DNA from: Haplodiscus bocki
Taxonomy: Eukaryota
Length of the DNA stretch: 64,000 bases
Direction of reading: 5' to 3'
NCBI GenBank assembly: GCA_965655095.1
Contig: OZ296659.1
Coordinates: 8,742,001 to 8,806,000 of the forward strand
The notes under the pieces were generated by a model. It saw only the letters and a list, made by a program, of their open reading frames with translations, was not told the origin of the DNA and searched no databases. The translations under genes were made by a program, and so were the position numbers. Below, in pieces: positions 62,801 to 64,000 of this stretch; position 1 is the first letter of the stretch, and the number at the start of each line of letters is the position of its first letter.

Positions 62801-64000
62801 CCGAAATCATTTAGTAAGTTTTCGGCATTCTTCGCAGTCTTCTGCAAAATGCCGTACACATAAGAACTGCCCACAGCCCTCACAAGAAATTTCGCAGCTG
62901 TTCGCAGTTCTCTGTAGCAATTACGCGTTTGCTTGTTTTGATAAGATTATTTGCGTATAACGGGTTCGAAACTACATTTGGTATCCTAGACACAACTATG
63001 TTTATTGCAGAGCTTCTTACAATTTATGCGTTCATTTTTTCCTCTGAAAGTTTTTGAACAAATATGACCAGAGTTTTGAGGCCGTTGTTTTTCCAGTTGG
63101 TGGGAAAGCTTCGTTTTCCACACATGCTGGGACACCATGTTTCCAGGAGGCGTCCCAGGATCGCCAAGTTATTGGAAATGGTCCTCGGAGTTCAGAGTTT
63201 CACTTATCATCGCTTCCACAAAGGAATCACTAAGTTGAGGTAATTGAGACTCTCGAATTGGCGTCAAAAGTTGCAAATCAGCGGATTGATTTGATACTAA
63301 ATCCTTTTTTCTTTTTTTCTGGTTTGGCATTGCGATCATGCGGACGATTTGTCCTTCTGCTGCATTATTTGTGTCTTTCCACAGAGTTCTCTTTCCTAAG
63401 TACTATACAGGATTTCTAAATGACGAATGTTAACGCGATTTGTACTGGCTTCATCATCCCACGAAATTCCACCTTGTTTCTGTCCTGAATATTTGTTTAC
63501 TTTCCCGGTCCATTTTTCGTCGTACTTCTAAGAAACCAACAGATGTTCATCCGTATTTAGATCAGCTATGGCCATAGTATCACGTGCTCCATTACTGCAT
63601 TGCACGATGCAATCGAAACATATCATCTGAAAAAAAGAAGCCTCTTCGTTTTAAAAAAATTGAATGAATAATAAATTAAAGTTTGACAAAAAGGTTGTCT
63701 CTTGCATCTTGGTTCAATTATGTACCGCTTCATTGAGTTGAATTTCCATCCGGGCTCTTTTACTATGCTTCTTGACCTCTTGGCTGTTCCCATGATGAGA
63801 AACGATACGATGTTACGTAATTTTTGTAAATATCTGTTCATACTATTTGTTTCGTTTCACGCATGCCAAAGATTATTAGCATTCGACAGGCTTCGGATTG
63901 ATCCATTGCGTAATTTACGGCATTCGTGCCTGGAAGCATTTCGTAATTAAGCAATTTTGTATGGCTGTTTACTCGGCTTTTGTAGTCGGCTGTCAGAATT

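Overview
AT-rich animal genomic DNA with GT-AG introns. The repeat landscape is reminiscent of acoel worms, but that is only an inference. One clearly intact host gene is present: a 7-exon phospholipid scramblase (PLSCR family) on + (379-11269, about 378 aa) with an unusual ~50-aa loop insertion. The rest is mostly a graveyard of mobile elements and endogenous viruses. (1) An ~11.7-kb decayed Ty3/Gypsy LTR element (31.7-43.5 kb, +) has gag, RT, RNase H, integrase and a class I fusion-type env with signal peptide, basic cleavage site, fusion peptide and TM anchor. Between pol and env it carries a TARG1/OARD1-type macrodomain (ADP-ribose eraser) and further accessory ORF remnants, i.e. a complex retrovirus-like architecture with a probable counter-defence gene; this is the most notable find. 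(2) A decayed Polinton/Maverick (adintovirus-like) provirus (49-59 kb, +) has packaging ATPase, minor and major capsid, core-like protein, adenain protease and protein-primed PolB. (3) There is a probable second Polinton remnant (29-31.6 kb, -), a piggyBac transposase pseudogene (61-62.8 kb, -), Penelope/hAT/Gypsy fragments, several MITEs (two with exact TSDs) and tRNA-derived repeats. Host-type immune-like sequences are interspersed: an open RING+B-box (TRIM-like) frame at 47.3 kb and two decayed LRR gene copies in inverted orientation. All family calls come from hand translation and motif recall, without database searches.
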